A DNA stretch of 64,000 bases from a virus (lineage: Duplodnaviria > Caudoviricetes), in the IMG/VR virus record IMGVR_UViG_3300028591_000142, positions 1 through 64,000 of that record; one strand, written 5' to 3'. The position numbers were made by a program, and so were the translations under genes. Under the pieces are notes generated by a model, which did not search any database, was not told where the DNA came from, and was given only the letters and a program-made list of their open reading frames with translations. Below are positions 19,436 to 30,383 of this stretch, in pieces. The stretch's first letter is position 1; every line of letters starts with the position of its first letter.

Positions 19436-19524
19436 AAGCAGCACCCCAAATATATAACTGGAAGGGAATCGGGGCGTATTATTACGCCTCGGTTTTCTAT
19501 ATTTTCAAAAAGGAGAGCACGATT

Positions 19525-19896
19525 ATGGAAAAAGAAAATATGCTTAGGGTTTTAAAGGTTGAACCATTGAAACACCCGGAAGTAGTGACAATCGCAAATA
19601 ACCTTGATAGCTTACAGGATGCGGTTGATGGGTATATTGAGTTTATTTATCCGGAAGACGGCGTGGTTATTATGGTTAACGAAGAGGGAAAGATTAACGG
19701 GTTGAGAGGAAATAGACGGTTTTATGATGATATTCTTGCCGGGGTTTTCTACGTTATCGGTGATGGCAACGACGGAGAATTAGTATCATTACCCGAAGAA
19801 AAAATCAAACAGTATACAGAATTATTCTATGAACCCGAATATATCTCACAAGAAGAGGTCGAGAGTAAGGTCGACACCTCTGCTTTTTGGTTTTAG
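19525..19896 (+). CDS. DUF3846-like protein
   Basis: LDSLQDAVDGYIE...VNEEGKINGLRGNR pattern. Confidence 0.75.
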   Translation: MEKENMLRVLKVEPLKHPEVVTIANNLDSLQDAVDGYIEFIYPEDGVVIMVNEEGKINGLRGNRRFYDDILAGVFYVIGDGNDGELVSLPEEKIKQYTELFYEPEYISQEEVESKVDTSAFWF

Positions 19897-19908
19897 GAGG
19901 TATAAACG

Positions 19909-20733
19909 ATGTCACATTTTACAGTAGGGATTATTACCCGTGATGAACCAACGTTATCTGATATTACTTTTATTCTTGAGCCGTTTGATGAGAACAAAGA
20001 AGTAAGGCATATTATAACCAAACAGAAAATAATAGACGAGGTTAGGCGCGATATTACCGATTATGCAAACAGTTCATATAAAGAATACTTAACAAACCCA
20101 GAAGAATATGTGAAAAAATATGGCAGTAACGAAAATCATATTAAGTATATCACCGAGGAATTTCCCCAAAAGCTCAATTGGACGGATGAAGAGTGTTATC
20201 TTGACGGAATTAAATATTATGAACAGGAAAACATCTTACCTAACGGAGATATAATTTCACATTACAACCCGCTTTCAAAATGGGATTGGTGGGAAGTAGG
20301 TGGTAGGTGGAATGGTCTTATACAAACTTCTCACGGCGCAGTTAATAAATCACCCGTAAGTGATATTACAAATCTGTTTGATGAGAAGATTTATAAGAAC
20401 GCAATTCGTTATTGGGAACTTAAGGTAGAAGAGCGTGAACAAAACGAAGAAGATAAAGAGTTCCTGAAAGATTACCACGATTTCTGGAATAAGGAATACT
20501 ATTTGACATACTACGGAGATAAAGAAACATATGCAAAATGCCAGGCCACATTCTCTACATACGCTTATATAGATATTTACGGAGAGTGGCACGGCAAAGG
20601 AGATATGGGTTGGTGGGGTATGTCCAACCAGGAAGAAGACGCGGAAGCAAAGTGGGCGGTTTCTTATGCGCAAATGCTCGAAGAGGCGAAGGCAAATGGG
20701 TACTGGCTCACGATTGTAGATTGCCATATTTAG
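19909..20733 (+). CDS. conserved phage protein (NPxSKWDWWxVGGRW...VDCH)
   Basis: RBS; motif common in phage hypothetical proteins. Confidence 0.8.
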   Translation: MSHFTVGIITRDEPTLSDITFILEPFDENKEVRHIITKQKIIDEVRRDITDYANSSYKEYLTNPEEYVKKYGSNENHIKYITEEFPQKLNWTDEECYLDGIKYYEQENILPNGDIISHYNPLSKWDWWEVGGRWNGLIQTSHGAVNKSPVSDITNLFDEKIYKNAIRYWELKVEEREQNEEDKEFLKDYHDFWNKEYYLTYYGDKETYAKCQATFSTYAYIDIYGEWHGKGDMGWWGMSNQEEDAEAKWAVSYAQMLEEAKANGYWLTIVDCHI

Positions 20734-20742
20734 GAGGGTGTA

Positions 20743-21964
20743 ATGATGCGTTCGAAAAAATGTATGCCTGTGGCAAAAGAAATCACAGACAAAAGAAAGA
20801 TTGAATTATTTGATAATTTGCTAGGCTGGATTTCTGACCACGTCAGAACGGATGTGGAACTAATCGGTAAAATGCAGAGGCTTGGTTTTACAGACGAGGA
20901 AATTCAGTACGAGGTCGGAACCGATAACGCAACCTGGAAAGAAGTGTATGAGCTACAGGAGTTAGTACATAAATCATTTAGTTAATCCGAAAAGAGGACA
21001 ATATGAACAGAGAACAGAAAAGAAAGCTTGAAAGGTCGGCTCGTAAGGGCGGGCTTTCCGCTAACAAGGCGAAATTATACGCAGAAATAATGGCAAACGC
21101 AGATGAGATAAGAAAGAACGGAGCGGGTCAGGTATCTCCGTCGCAAGATATTCCCGAAGGCACAAAAGTTAAGCTGAACGTTGAGCTTATTAAATCCAGA
21201 CAAAACTACGAAAGGATGTCACAAAAGTACCGTGAGTTAATCGAGTCTGAAGAAATTAGCCCGAATAAATACACGGCTCACGTAGAGGCTAGTAATATGA
21301 TTAGCCTCGTTGAACTTCCGAACTGGCTTTTCTGGAGCGGCGATTTAATTATTTGTGAAGATGAATAACGCAAAAATCACTAAATAAGGTGGTGTAATTA
21401 TGAAAGATGGTGTGTTTGAGCGCGGAGATATTATATGCGGTATTGCGGATAACGGATACGGCGTTACTAACGAAGATATGTTCGAGGCGTTAGTAGTATG
21501 CCCGGATACATATGTCGAGTATGAGATGACTGGGTATGAAACGAACAGGCCAGAGACAAGCGAAATGACTATCAAAGTCCTGAGACACTCCGACAAAGAT
21601 TATATCGGCGAACAGTTCGATGTACATAATTCTACCCGTTTATTTAAATTAGTACCAGAAATTGATTATGGTGTTGTAAAATCAGAACGGGAGTTAAGGG
21701 AATTTTTACTTATTTAAAGAGGAGATTATAATGGAAAAGATGTTTGATAAATTAGATAGTGTAGGCGGCCAGTTTAGGCCTAATTGTTTTGCATATAACA
21801 AAAACGGAAGAACAAGAGCGGAAAAATGCAGATGTCTTGTAGAGGCAGACTGTGTTGGGTGTAGGTTTTTTAAGACTAAATATCAATACGATATGGATGC
21901 TGTAAAGGCAAAGCTGCGCGCCGCTCAGTTAAAAGCAAGGGCAATAAAAAAGCAGTCAGCATAA
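20743..21964 (+). CDS. small hypothetical ORFs (20743-20985, 21003-21368, 21400-21717, 21731-21964)
   Basis: ORFs with RBSs; 21400 belongs to the SxxELxxF family. Confidence 0.7.
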
Positions 21965-22067
21965 ACTGTTGGAAATATAAACACCCAGAAAACCCAATTG
22001 TATAAAGGGTTTATGGGGTGCGTGATGAGATACTATAATGATAATCTCTCGATAGGAGGTGAGTAAG

Positions 22068-23231
22068 ATGGTTTATCTTGATAATGCAGCAACGACACAA
22101 CCAGACCCGGCAGTTGTCGAAGAAATGCTACCGTTTTTTCGGGAAGCATATGGAAATCCGGGTACACTTTATCAGCTTGGAAGAGAAGCAAGACAGGCTG
22201 TTGATTTGGCTCGTGAACGTGTGGCATTATTTATCGGAGCAAAACCAGAGCAAATAGTTTTTACTTCGGGGGGAACCGAAGCAAATAATATGGTTTTTTA
22301 CTCGTTGCGTAATTATTTGCACAAACAAAACAAAACTCATATTATCACATCAATGACGGAACACGACTCTGTTTTTAGAACAGTTAATGAAATGTGTATA
22401 AAACACGGTTTTTATTCATCATTTATAAAGCCAAACATAAACGGTGTGGTTTTAGCTTCTGAAGTCCAAAAGGAAATTAAGCCGAACCTTACAGGAATAG
22501 TATCCGTAATGCATACTAATAATGAAACCGGAGCGGTGAATCCGGTCGCAGATATAGGAAAGTTATGTGGGAACAACGGAATACTTTTCCATACCGACTG
22601 TGTGCAGGCAGCAAGTTCATCACGGTTAAATGTAGATGAGCTTTGTTGTGACTTCCTTTCAATATCTTCTCATAAGATATATGGGTGCAAGGGAGTGGGT
22701 GCTTTGTATGTTAAAACACCAGAGTTAATACGTCCGTTAATAATCGGTGGTTCTCATCAGGAGTTTGGTTTACGAGGCGGAACTGAAAACGTGCCTGGAA
22801 TCGTAGGCTTTGGTAAGGCTTGCGAACTCGCAAACGAATGGATTGATAAAGCAAACGAAAAGTATGGAGTTTTAAAAGAAGCTTTTTATGAAGCTCTATA
22901 TAAAACCCTAGACAAAGATGGCTTTGCAGATATAATCCACATTAATGGAACTGGAATTACAGAAAGCGGCAAGATACTTAATATCAATTTTGATGGTGTA
23001 GACGGCGAAACATTACTTTTAATGCTTGATGCCGCCGGGATTTGTGTTTCCGCAGGTTCGGCTTGCAGGAGTCACGAACAAGAGCCAAGCAGGGTTTTGT
23101 TAAGTATGGGAATTGACGAAGAGGATGCGAGAAATTCTATCAGAGTTTCGTTTTCAATTAAACAGTCGTTGTCAGAAGTTCAGTTTGCCGGTGAGAGGAT
23201 AGGGGATTTGATATGCCAACTTTTGATTTAG
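22068..23231 (+). CDS. iscS: cysteine desulfurase (IscS/NifS family)
   Basis: YLDNAATT; FTSGGTEANN; SSHKIYG (PLP lysine); RGGTENV; SAGSAC (catalytic Cys). Confidence 0.93.
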   Translation: MVYLDNAATTQPDPAVVEEMLPFFREAYGNPGTLYQLGREARQAVDLARERVALFIGAKPEQIVFTSGGTEANNMVFYSLRNYLHKQNKTHIITSMTEHDSVFRTVNEMCIKHGFYSSFIKPNINGVVLASEVQKEIKPNLTGIVSVMHTNNETGAVNPVADIGKLCGNNGILFHTDCVQAASSSRLNVDELCCDFLSISSHKIYGCKGVGALYVKTPELIRPLIIGGSHQEFGLRGGTENVPGIVGFGKACELANEWIDKANEKYGVLKEAFYEALYKTLDKDGFADIIHINGTGITESGKILNINFDGVDGETLLLMLDAAGICVSAGSACRSHEQEPSRVLLSMGIDEEDARNSIRVSFSIKQSLSEVQFAGERIGDLICQLLI

Positions 23232-24570
23232 ATAATCTGGATTATCCCTATTTAAATTATTACGTAACAACAAACACCACAGCAGACAACTATACAACAA
23301 CAAACACCACAACAGACTATCATATTAATTGGAACGATATGGCGGGCTGGGTTAATCTTAGAGACGCAACGATTGAATTTGGAACGGAAGTACAAGGGTT
23401 TGCAGATATTTTTGTTAACTTTACAAACCCTTTAAGCCAGGAAAACGAAGAGAGTTTTGAACCCAAAACAGAGGACGAGCTCCGTGGTTTTATAGAGGAG
23501 GCTCTTAGATGAAAGACGGGAAATTTGAAGTCGGTGACTATATTACACCAAGGTTTTTGTGCGAAGAACCAAGGCCGGTGGCGGTTGTTACAAACAGTCA
23601 TTTAGACACCGGAGAATATGATGATAATGCAATGGAAATCAAGATTTTGGAAGACCCTAATTACCCAAGGGTTGTCGGTACACATATGAGTTGCCCGAAC
23701 ACCAGTGAAATGTATGAGCTTGTGCTGGATGATTTTGAACCTGCATCAGAAGACGAACTGATGAACTTGTTATTAGAGGTGTAGTAATGACAGCATTAGA
23801 GGCTCTTTACGAGATATATAATGAGAAACCTACATTTGAATTGATGTATCTTTATGAGATTTATTCTATGAAGTTTACACAGAATGATAAATCTCCACAG
23901 CATTTAAAATATGACCGAATGGTTATATCAGATATCTTAACAGAGAGGGGATATTAATGGATAAATGCTTTAGACCGGGCGACCTAATAATATGTGAATA
24001 TACTGTAGATGCAGAGTACATATACACAATAGCAAGATGTGTCGAAGAGGTCATATTAAATAATGGAATGGTTGGTATGACTATTAACCTCGTAGATACA
24101 AATGATGAGTTTTTCGATTCTTATGATAAGAGTGCAGAGCTTGTAATTCAAGACTACAAGCACTCTGATTGGGAATTATACGAAGGCGATATAGTACCTG
24201 CATCTGTTAAGGAAATAGAAGAGTTTTTATTTGGAGGATATAACTAGCAATGAATATAGGCGATACATTGGTTATTGAAAATATTCACGGAGAGCAGATT
24301 GGTACGGCTCGTGTTGAGGGTATGGACGATGGACGCGTATTTGTTCGCGTGGCTAGCCACGTTGATGACTACTGGGTTAACTCAACACATATTTACTTTA
24401 CGCCATTGGTTAAACCCGGGTCTTTAACACATAAAGATATCTACAGACAAGTTGATGAAGAAAAATCTGAATTGTGGATTCAGAATGTAATAAAACAAAG
24501 AGAAGAAATAGCTGTGCGTTCTGAAGAAGAGCTCATTAATTTTGTTTTAGGAGAGGGATTTGAAATATGA
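23213..24570 (+). CDS. four small paralogous or tagged proteins (23213-23512, 23509-23784, 23957-24247, 24250-24570)
   Basis: All end in S/T-x-x-E-L/I-x-x-F/L; three start with a GDx(I/L) motif. Confidence 0.7.
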
Positions 24571-24777
24571 AAATTAAATATCCTAAAAACGAAATACCGT
24601 GGGTTTCTTACGTCGGAACCCACGGTAATATCGTATGTGTACTTACCAGCAATAAGACACAGGAATATTATTATTTGTATGAAGTTCAGCCCGACGGGAG
24701 TTTACAAAAACTCGGGAAGGCAAAAAGCCCGCCGGAACTTGAAAGGAAGTTTGATGTATTGTCCAGAATGAGAAGGG

Positions 24778-25221
24778 ATGATAACGGTGCAGATTAAACG
24801 TGTCTATGGCAAAAAAGATGCTGACAAATGCGATGAACTGTTAATGAAGTTAATAGCTGAGGAAACCGGGGAAATAAACACACTGTTGAATCGGTTTTAC
24901 AGATATGGTTTAGCAGATGGGAAAAACATACTGTTGTGTTACGTAGATGACAATAAGATTGTTGGATATATATATGCGAAGGAAACATTTGCCTACGAAC
25001 CACAAAGAGAATATCTAATAGATGCTTTATATATAGAGCCCGAATATCGCAATAAAGGGTTGGGTAGAGAACTTATGTCAGAATGTATGAAAATCTTACA
25101 CGAAATGAACATACCAAATATTATGATAAACGTTATGAGCAACAACTATATTGCAAAGAAACTTTATTCGAGTTTAGGGTTTTATACCGTAAGAGAGACA
25201 ATGAGGTGGTTAGATGACTGA
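24778..25221 (+). CDS. GNAT N-acetyltransferase
   Basis: LYIEPEYRNKGLGRELM (motif A); N..AKKLYSSLGF. Confidence 0.88.
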   Translation: MITVQIKRVYGKKDADKCDELLMKLIAEETGEINTLLNRFYRYGLADGKNILLCYVDDNKIVGYIYAKETFAYEPQREYLIDALYIEPEYRNKGLGRELMSECMKILHEMNIPNIMINVMSNNYIAKKLYSSLGFYTVRETMRWLDD

Positions 25222-25713
25222 TGAAGAGATATTAAAAAGAGCTACGCAAGAAGAGCGTGAGGAATACGACCGTCTGGCTAAAGCAACGTATTATACAAAC
25301 TGGGTTTGGATACAGGGCTTTATGAAAGATAGTGAGTACAACAAGATAATTGATAGAATAAATAGAGAAGTTATTGAGTACCGTCTGAGAGTAGGCGGTG
25401 CGAGTATTAAAAACGCAGATGATTAAGGAGATATTTATGAGGCTTGCAGTTATTATTTTAAACGCATTAACATTTTTAATTTGTACATACCTTAGTGTGT
25501 CTTTGTTTTATGAAAACAAAGTTATTAACAGAAGGTATGGCGATGACGAGGCTTTTGATAAACAAAAGAAAGTAAATATATTTCTGGGAATAGCGTGGGC
25601 AATTACAGCGGCGCTTAATTTGGTGTGCGTATTTCTCAGAATATTTATAAAATCATAGTTTGGTTTTTAAAAAATATTTTTAAAGGGGAGTTTGATTATA
25701 AAGGTGTATTTGT

Positions 25714-26358
25714 GTGAAAATTTTAGTGGCTTGCGAAGAGAGCCAACGGGTTTGTTTGGCTTTCAGACAAAAGGGACACGAGGCGTATTCGTGTGATATC
25801 ATAGATTGTTCTGGTGGCGCTCCCGAATTTCATATTAAGCAAGATGTTATTCCTTTATTGAATGGGAATTGTTCGTTTAAAACTTGCGACGGTAAATTGC
25901 ATAATATAGATGGTAGATGGGATATGATAATTGCGTTCCCGCCTTGTACACATTTGTGCGCTAGCGGACAGAGGTGGTTCTCGGAAGGGCGCAAACCCAT
26001 CGTTTTACAAAGAAGGGCGATTGCTTTCTTTTATAAGTTCGTTATGGCGGATTGTGAAAAAATCGTAATAGAAAATCCGGTTGGTGCTATGAGTACGGCG
26101 TATAGAAAGCCAGACCAAATCATAAATCCGTTTGAATTTGGTGAGACAGAGTGCAAACAAACCTGTTTGTGGTTAAAGGGTGTTCAGAAACTAATACCTA
26201 CAAAGATTACCCCCCCCTCTGAGCGAACAACAAATATAAAGAAATGCTATTTTGACGGAAAACAATATGGATGGGACGACGAGGAGACCGCCAGGTTTAG
26301 GAGTCGAACATTCCAGGGAATTGCAAATGCAATGGCCGAACAATGGGGTGGTATTTAA
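25714..26358 (+). CDS. small phage-type DNA (cytosine-5) methyltransferase
   Basis: ILVACEES; AFPPCTHL (catalytic PC); IENPVG. Confidence 0.75.
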   Translation: MKILVACEESQRVCLAFRQKGHEAYSCDIIDCSGGAPEFHIKQDVIPLLNGNCSFKTCDGKLHNIDGRWDMIIAFPPCTHLCASGQRWFSEGRKPIVLQRRAIAFFYKFVMADCEKIVIENPVGAMSTAYRKPDQIINPFEFGETECKQTCLWLKGVQKLIPTKITPPSERTTNIKKCYFDGKQYGWDDEETARFRSRTFQGIANAMAEQWGGI

Positions 26359-26407
26359 AATTAAAGTGTGGTATTATAAGAGTAATATAAGAAAGGAATG
26401 ATTTGTT

Positions 26408-28042
26408 ATGAACGATGATTATTTAATTAAACTTCCAGAAGATTGTACGGGTGAGGATATAGATAGCGCTGTGGCTATAGTTGCAAAATTATTAAAAGAA
26501 GATGACAAAGCACCGCAAGTTATAATCCCACAGAAAACTATAGAATTTAATTATATATACAAGTTGTTACGTTCGTTTTTTGATAATACGGCTGAGATAA
26601 CATATACAATACACAAACCACTTAAGAGCGATGGTAATATATCCGTAATGGGAGATGAGCTCGTGATTAATAAAAGTTTGTTAAATAATGTTATGGGTTT
26701 TGTAGATATTATAGAGGTGTTGCCGACAAGGGATGGCCGTGTTAAAATGAATTTTTCGTTTAGCGGATTAACTAGAAAGGTGTGTTTTGATGAATAATTT
26801 AATTGACTGCGATACAATCACTGCGTTATTAATAGACGAAGCAACGAGGAAACACCCGGACTGGAAATTGCAAAACAAGCCGTATAATTTATTGAGAGAA
26901 AAGGCTAAGATGTTAGATAATATATCTGATTTATTTGACACAGAATCAATTGGCTTATATATTAACGAAGATACGTTGGAGGTAAGCTATATAGTCAAAT
27001 GTGTAAGTTTACAATGGGTATATGATGATAACTTCTTTAGTGTAATTAAAGACGCGCTTCGTACAAAGTATTACAACGAAGATGACTATGTTGTTGTTGA
27101 AATAGTTTTTGATGGAATTTGGAGAAACGACAATGAATAACAAACGAAGACAAAGATTACTGAATATAATAGCTCTATTAAGGAATATAAACGAGCAGCT
27201 TACAGACGTCTCTTATGACGAACAAGACAGCCTGGATAATATTCCAGAAAATTTACTCGAGAGTGAACGTTGTGTGAAGATGGAAGAAAATATAGATGCT
27301 ATCAATGACGCTATGGAATATATCAATTCCGCAATAGAACTAATACAAGAAGCGACCTGTATTTAATTAAGAGGTGATATTATTGGGCGAATTTTTTATA
27401 TTATTATTTGGTGGTACATATTTATTGTATAAATATATAAGCTGGAAAAATAATAATGAAAAATTTGATAATGAGCGTCGTGAGGAAAATAAGCGGTTAG
27501 ATGCATTTAATAATTTATTTTCATATAATGGAGCAATGTTAAGCGCTATGTTTAAAGACGGAAGGATAGTTGCGGATGAGGTATATGAGGTTATAGGCGA
27601 AGACCTGAGGGAATTATACGGTGATGATTACAAAAGAATAGTGCCGTTACCTGGAACGCCTTGGTATAATTTTGCCCATAATAGATATCAAAAAGTGCCG
27701 ACCGGGTTTAAAAGAGCGTATAGCCCAATATACAAAGCCGAGGTTTTATGGACATCTAAACAGGGCAAGGTGGTTTTCCAATATGGTGACGACTTAGATT
27801 GGTTTTGTGTGGGTAAAATGCAAATGTTCCCAGATGAAAAACCTTTTGAAGTTATAAACAATAATATAGCTTTATTCAAAAAGGCCGAGAGTAATTTAAG
27901 AAATGCAGGTGTTAATATTATGTTTGTAGGTATGCCAGGTAAGCATAGAAATGGTTTTTTGAACAATAATGTTGAAACGAGAATTGCTATTTATGAACGA
28001 TTGAATACAAAAGAAAAACAAATATCAAAACGACTTTGGTGA
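26408..28042 (+). CDS. hypothetical ORFs (26408-26797, 26787-27140, 27109-27366, 27374-28042)
   Basis: Co-oriented ORFs; the last has an N-terminal TM helix. Confidence 0.65.
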
Positions 28043-28052
28043 TTATTAATGC

Positions 28053-28103
28053 TTGACAACTTAATAATTTTGATGTAATATAAAAGTAACGAACATTTGT
28101 TCG
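28053..28103 (+). promoter_or_regulatory. sigma-A-like promoter with a LexA (Cheo/SOS) box
   Basis: TTGACA at 28053-58; CGAACATTTGTTCG at 28090-28103 matches the Firmicutes CGAAC-N4-GTTCG pattern. Confidence 0.75.
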
Positions 28104-28313
28104 TAAAAAATATAAAAAGAAAACAACGGCCGCGAACCGCTGTTTTCCCTGGACGTCTCAAAATGAGACACAACAAACACTGGTTTATCACGCCTTTGAT
28201 AAACCAAAGAGGTAGTAACTACAAAAACAACAAACACAAAGGTCTTTAGTAAGAACTCCCTCTGTATGTAGTATACCACCTCTTGATAAAAAAATCAAGG
28301 AGGTTTATTAAAA

Positions 28314-28643
28314 ATGTCAAAAAAGAAAACGCTTTCTATTTCAGAATTTAAAAAGTATTGTGATGAAAAGGATTTCATTTGTTATAAGTATTCCAGTAAT
28401 TATAACGGGGAATCTATTTTTTGCAACGGTGTGTTTTCTGTAGAAGGCGAATATAACACAGTTGTAACTTGTCTAAAACCTGATATTGTTGCATTTGTAA
28501 ATACATATAATAATATATGTTTGTCATCAGTTGTATCAATTGTAATAGATGAATATGAGGACTATACTATTATAGATATAAGTTGCGGGCTTTATGATAA
28601 AGCTTCGGAGTATTATGAAACATTCAGATTCATTGCCAGATAA
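28314..28643 (+). CDS. hypothetical protein, putatively SOS-regulated
   Basis: RBS aaggagg; first ORF after the LexA box. Confidence 0.7.
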   Translation: MSKKKTLSISEFKKYCDEKDFICYKYSSNYNGESIFCNGVFSVEGEYNTVVTCLKPDIVAFVNTYNNICLSSVVSIVIDEYEDYTIIDISCGLYDKASEYYETFRFIAR

Positions 28644-28732
28644 AACGATTGCGGGATTTTAAGGTGTAGTTATTTGTACAATATGCACAAAAACATTATT
28701 AAAAAATTGTTATTGCGTTTGCTATTTTAGTA

Positions 28733-28761
28733 TTGACAAAGGCGGTAATATGTGTTATACT
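28733..28761 (+). promoter_or_regulatory. sigma-A promoter for mazF-mrpR
   Basis: TTGACA-17 bp-TATACT with an extended TGn. Confidence 0.8.
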
Positions 28762-28793
28762 CCAGACGAAATAATTCAGAAGGAGGAAACGCG

Positions 28794-29234
28794 ATGAATT
28801 ATAAGAACACAAACAAATATCGTATCGGCGAGATATATGTAATGTATTTCGACGGTATCGGTAACGAACAAAGCGGATGGCGTCCGGGGTTAGTTTTTCA
28901 GAATAATGTTGGAAATGATAATAGCCCGAATATCATTGCGCTGCCGCTAACAAGCTCATTGAAAAAAGCAAACCAACCTACTCACGTGATTATTCCTGCT
29001 GATGGTAATGGATTATTTAAGGACAGTATGGTTTTATGTGAGAATCCTCAAAGAATGTCAAAAGATAGGATTAAGGGTTATATTACCACACTATCGGACG
29101 AGTATCTTGAGGAAGTTGCAACGGCAAGTATCTTGGCTTCTTCGGCGATATCGTATATCGACCCAACTAAGTTATTGACTATTTGGCAAAAAGCATTTAA
29201 ACTAAACAATAGTAATATGCAGCTTGCGAGTTAG
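28794..29234 (+). CDS. mazF: PemK/MazF family endoribonuclease (no adjacent MazE recognised)
   Basis: GEIY..GNEQSGWRPGLVFQNNVGN..SPNII..PLTS..PTHV closely resembles B. subtilis NdoA/MazF. Confidence 0.85.
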   Translation: MNYKNTNKYRIGEIYVMYFDGIGNEQSGWRPGLVFQNNVGNDNSPNIIALPLTSSLKKANQPTHVIIPADGNGLFKDSMVLCENPQRMSKDRIKGYITTLSDEYLEEVATASILASSAISYIDPTKLLTIWQKAFKLNNSNMQLAS

Positions 29235-29244
29235 GAGGGGTTAG

Positions 29245-30198
29245 ATGTATAACGAAGAAATAAAGAGAAGGTTTATTGAGTCATACACCAAAAGCGACGC
29301 TAATCGAGCACAATGTGAACGGGCTTTTGAAAAAACACAAGAGCTTGAAGAAAAATATGGTATTGACCTTTGTGAGTTCGATGTTAAGCAAATGCAAGAG
29401 GCTTTTGATTTAATCTCCGGAAGACAAACAAACAGTCAGTTAGGACGATTTACTATTCTAAAAGCCTATTCAAAATGGTGCATCAACCAGGGTATTCCAA
29501 ATGCAAAAGAAAGTATCTCGGAAATCAGTTCCGTGAGTTTGGAAAAAGTCAAAAGGCAAATGGTTAGCAGTCCGACACACCTTCAGTTCTTTTTAGATTC
29601 GGTTTATGAAAAGGAAGACAGAAACACAACCGATAATGTGTCGCGGTGTTTTTACTGGCTTGCATTTAGTGGAGTTAAAATTGAAGATGCTATAGAACTG
29701 ACGGCATCAAATATTGATTTTACTAATATGCTTATTAAGGTCAGAGATGAGGAATATCCCATCTATCGTGAAGCCGTTCCGTCGCTACGGAATTGCATTA
29801 ATCTCACAGCTTTTGAGTATAATCACCCGAGGTATTCCACGACACTCAAACAGGTGAGAAGCTCCTCAGACCAGTTATTAAGGCTTATAGGGACAGATGC
29901 TACGCTACAGGGAATTAGAGATAAAACTTCTCGTACAACCAGAAAGGCAATTAAAGAAGGGAAAACGAATATAGAATTGAGTTACTCAAGAGTTCGTTTG
30001 TCTGGGTTTTTTTACAGGATTTATGAACTTGAAAGGATAGGAATTAAACCAAGGTTTACTCAACTTGCAGTTGCCCTTATGGAAGGTAAAGAATATAGTC
30101 TTGAAAAAAGCAGGCATACGGTAGAGGGGACAATAAGAATAATAAACAACAGATATAAAAAAGACTACGAGCGTTGGAAACAGGCATTTTATTCTTGA
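29245..30198 (+). CDS. MrpR/YopR-like phage master repressor (tyrosine-recombinase fold)
   Basis: MYNEEIKRRFI..E..YGIDLCEF..Y.KW and LAFSGV..VRLSG resemble SPbeta YopR; no HxxR catalytic motif. Confidence 0.7.
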   Translation: MYNEEIKRRFIESYTKSDANRAQCERAFEKTQELEEKYGIDLCEFDVKQMQEAFDLISGRQTNSQLGRFTILKAYSKWCINQGIPNAKESISEISSVSLEKVKRQMVSSPTHLQFFLDSVYEKEDRNTTDNVSRCFYWLAFSGVKIEDAIELTASNIDFTNMLIKVRDEEYPIYREAVPSLRNCINLTAFEYNHPRYSTTLKQVRSSSDQLLRLIGTDATLQGIRDKTSRTTRKAIKEGKTNIELSYSRVRLSGFFYRIYELERIGIKPRFTQLAVALMEGKEYSLEKSRHTVEGTIRIINNRYKKDYERWKQAFYS

Positions 30199-30207
30199 TT
30201 TAAAATT

Positions 30208-30235
30208 AAAAACCTGTGTTATAACAGGTTTTTAA
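30208..30235 (+). terminator. intrinsic terminator after the mrpR-like gene
   Basis: aaaaacctgt-gttata-acaggttttt. Confidence 0.65.
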
Positions 30236-30276
30236 ATACATAGTCAACACTAAAATACAAAACGCACTTTATATAT

Positions 30277-30347
30277 TGGGATGTAGTCTAACGGCAGGAC
30301 ACGTGACTTTGACTCACGGCGTAGTGGTTCGATTCCACTCATCCCAG
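30277..30347 (+). tRNA. tRNA-Gln(TTG)
   Basis: Acceptor tgggatg/catccca; anticodon arm cgtga-ctTTGac-tcacg; T loop ttcgatt. Confidence 0.92.
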
Positions 30348-30383
30348 TTTTTATTTTTTATAAACAAAAGAGGATATGTAAAT

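Noticed and set aside
29245-30198. Second active integrase
   Set aside because: It lacks the HxxR/H/Y catalytic set and fits an MrpR-like repressor better.
30276-30383. N-terminal extension of Thg1
   Set aside because: It reads through tRNA-Gln; the real start is probably ATG 30384 after the RBS.
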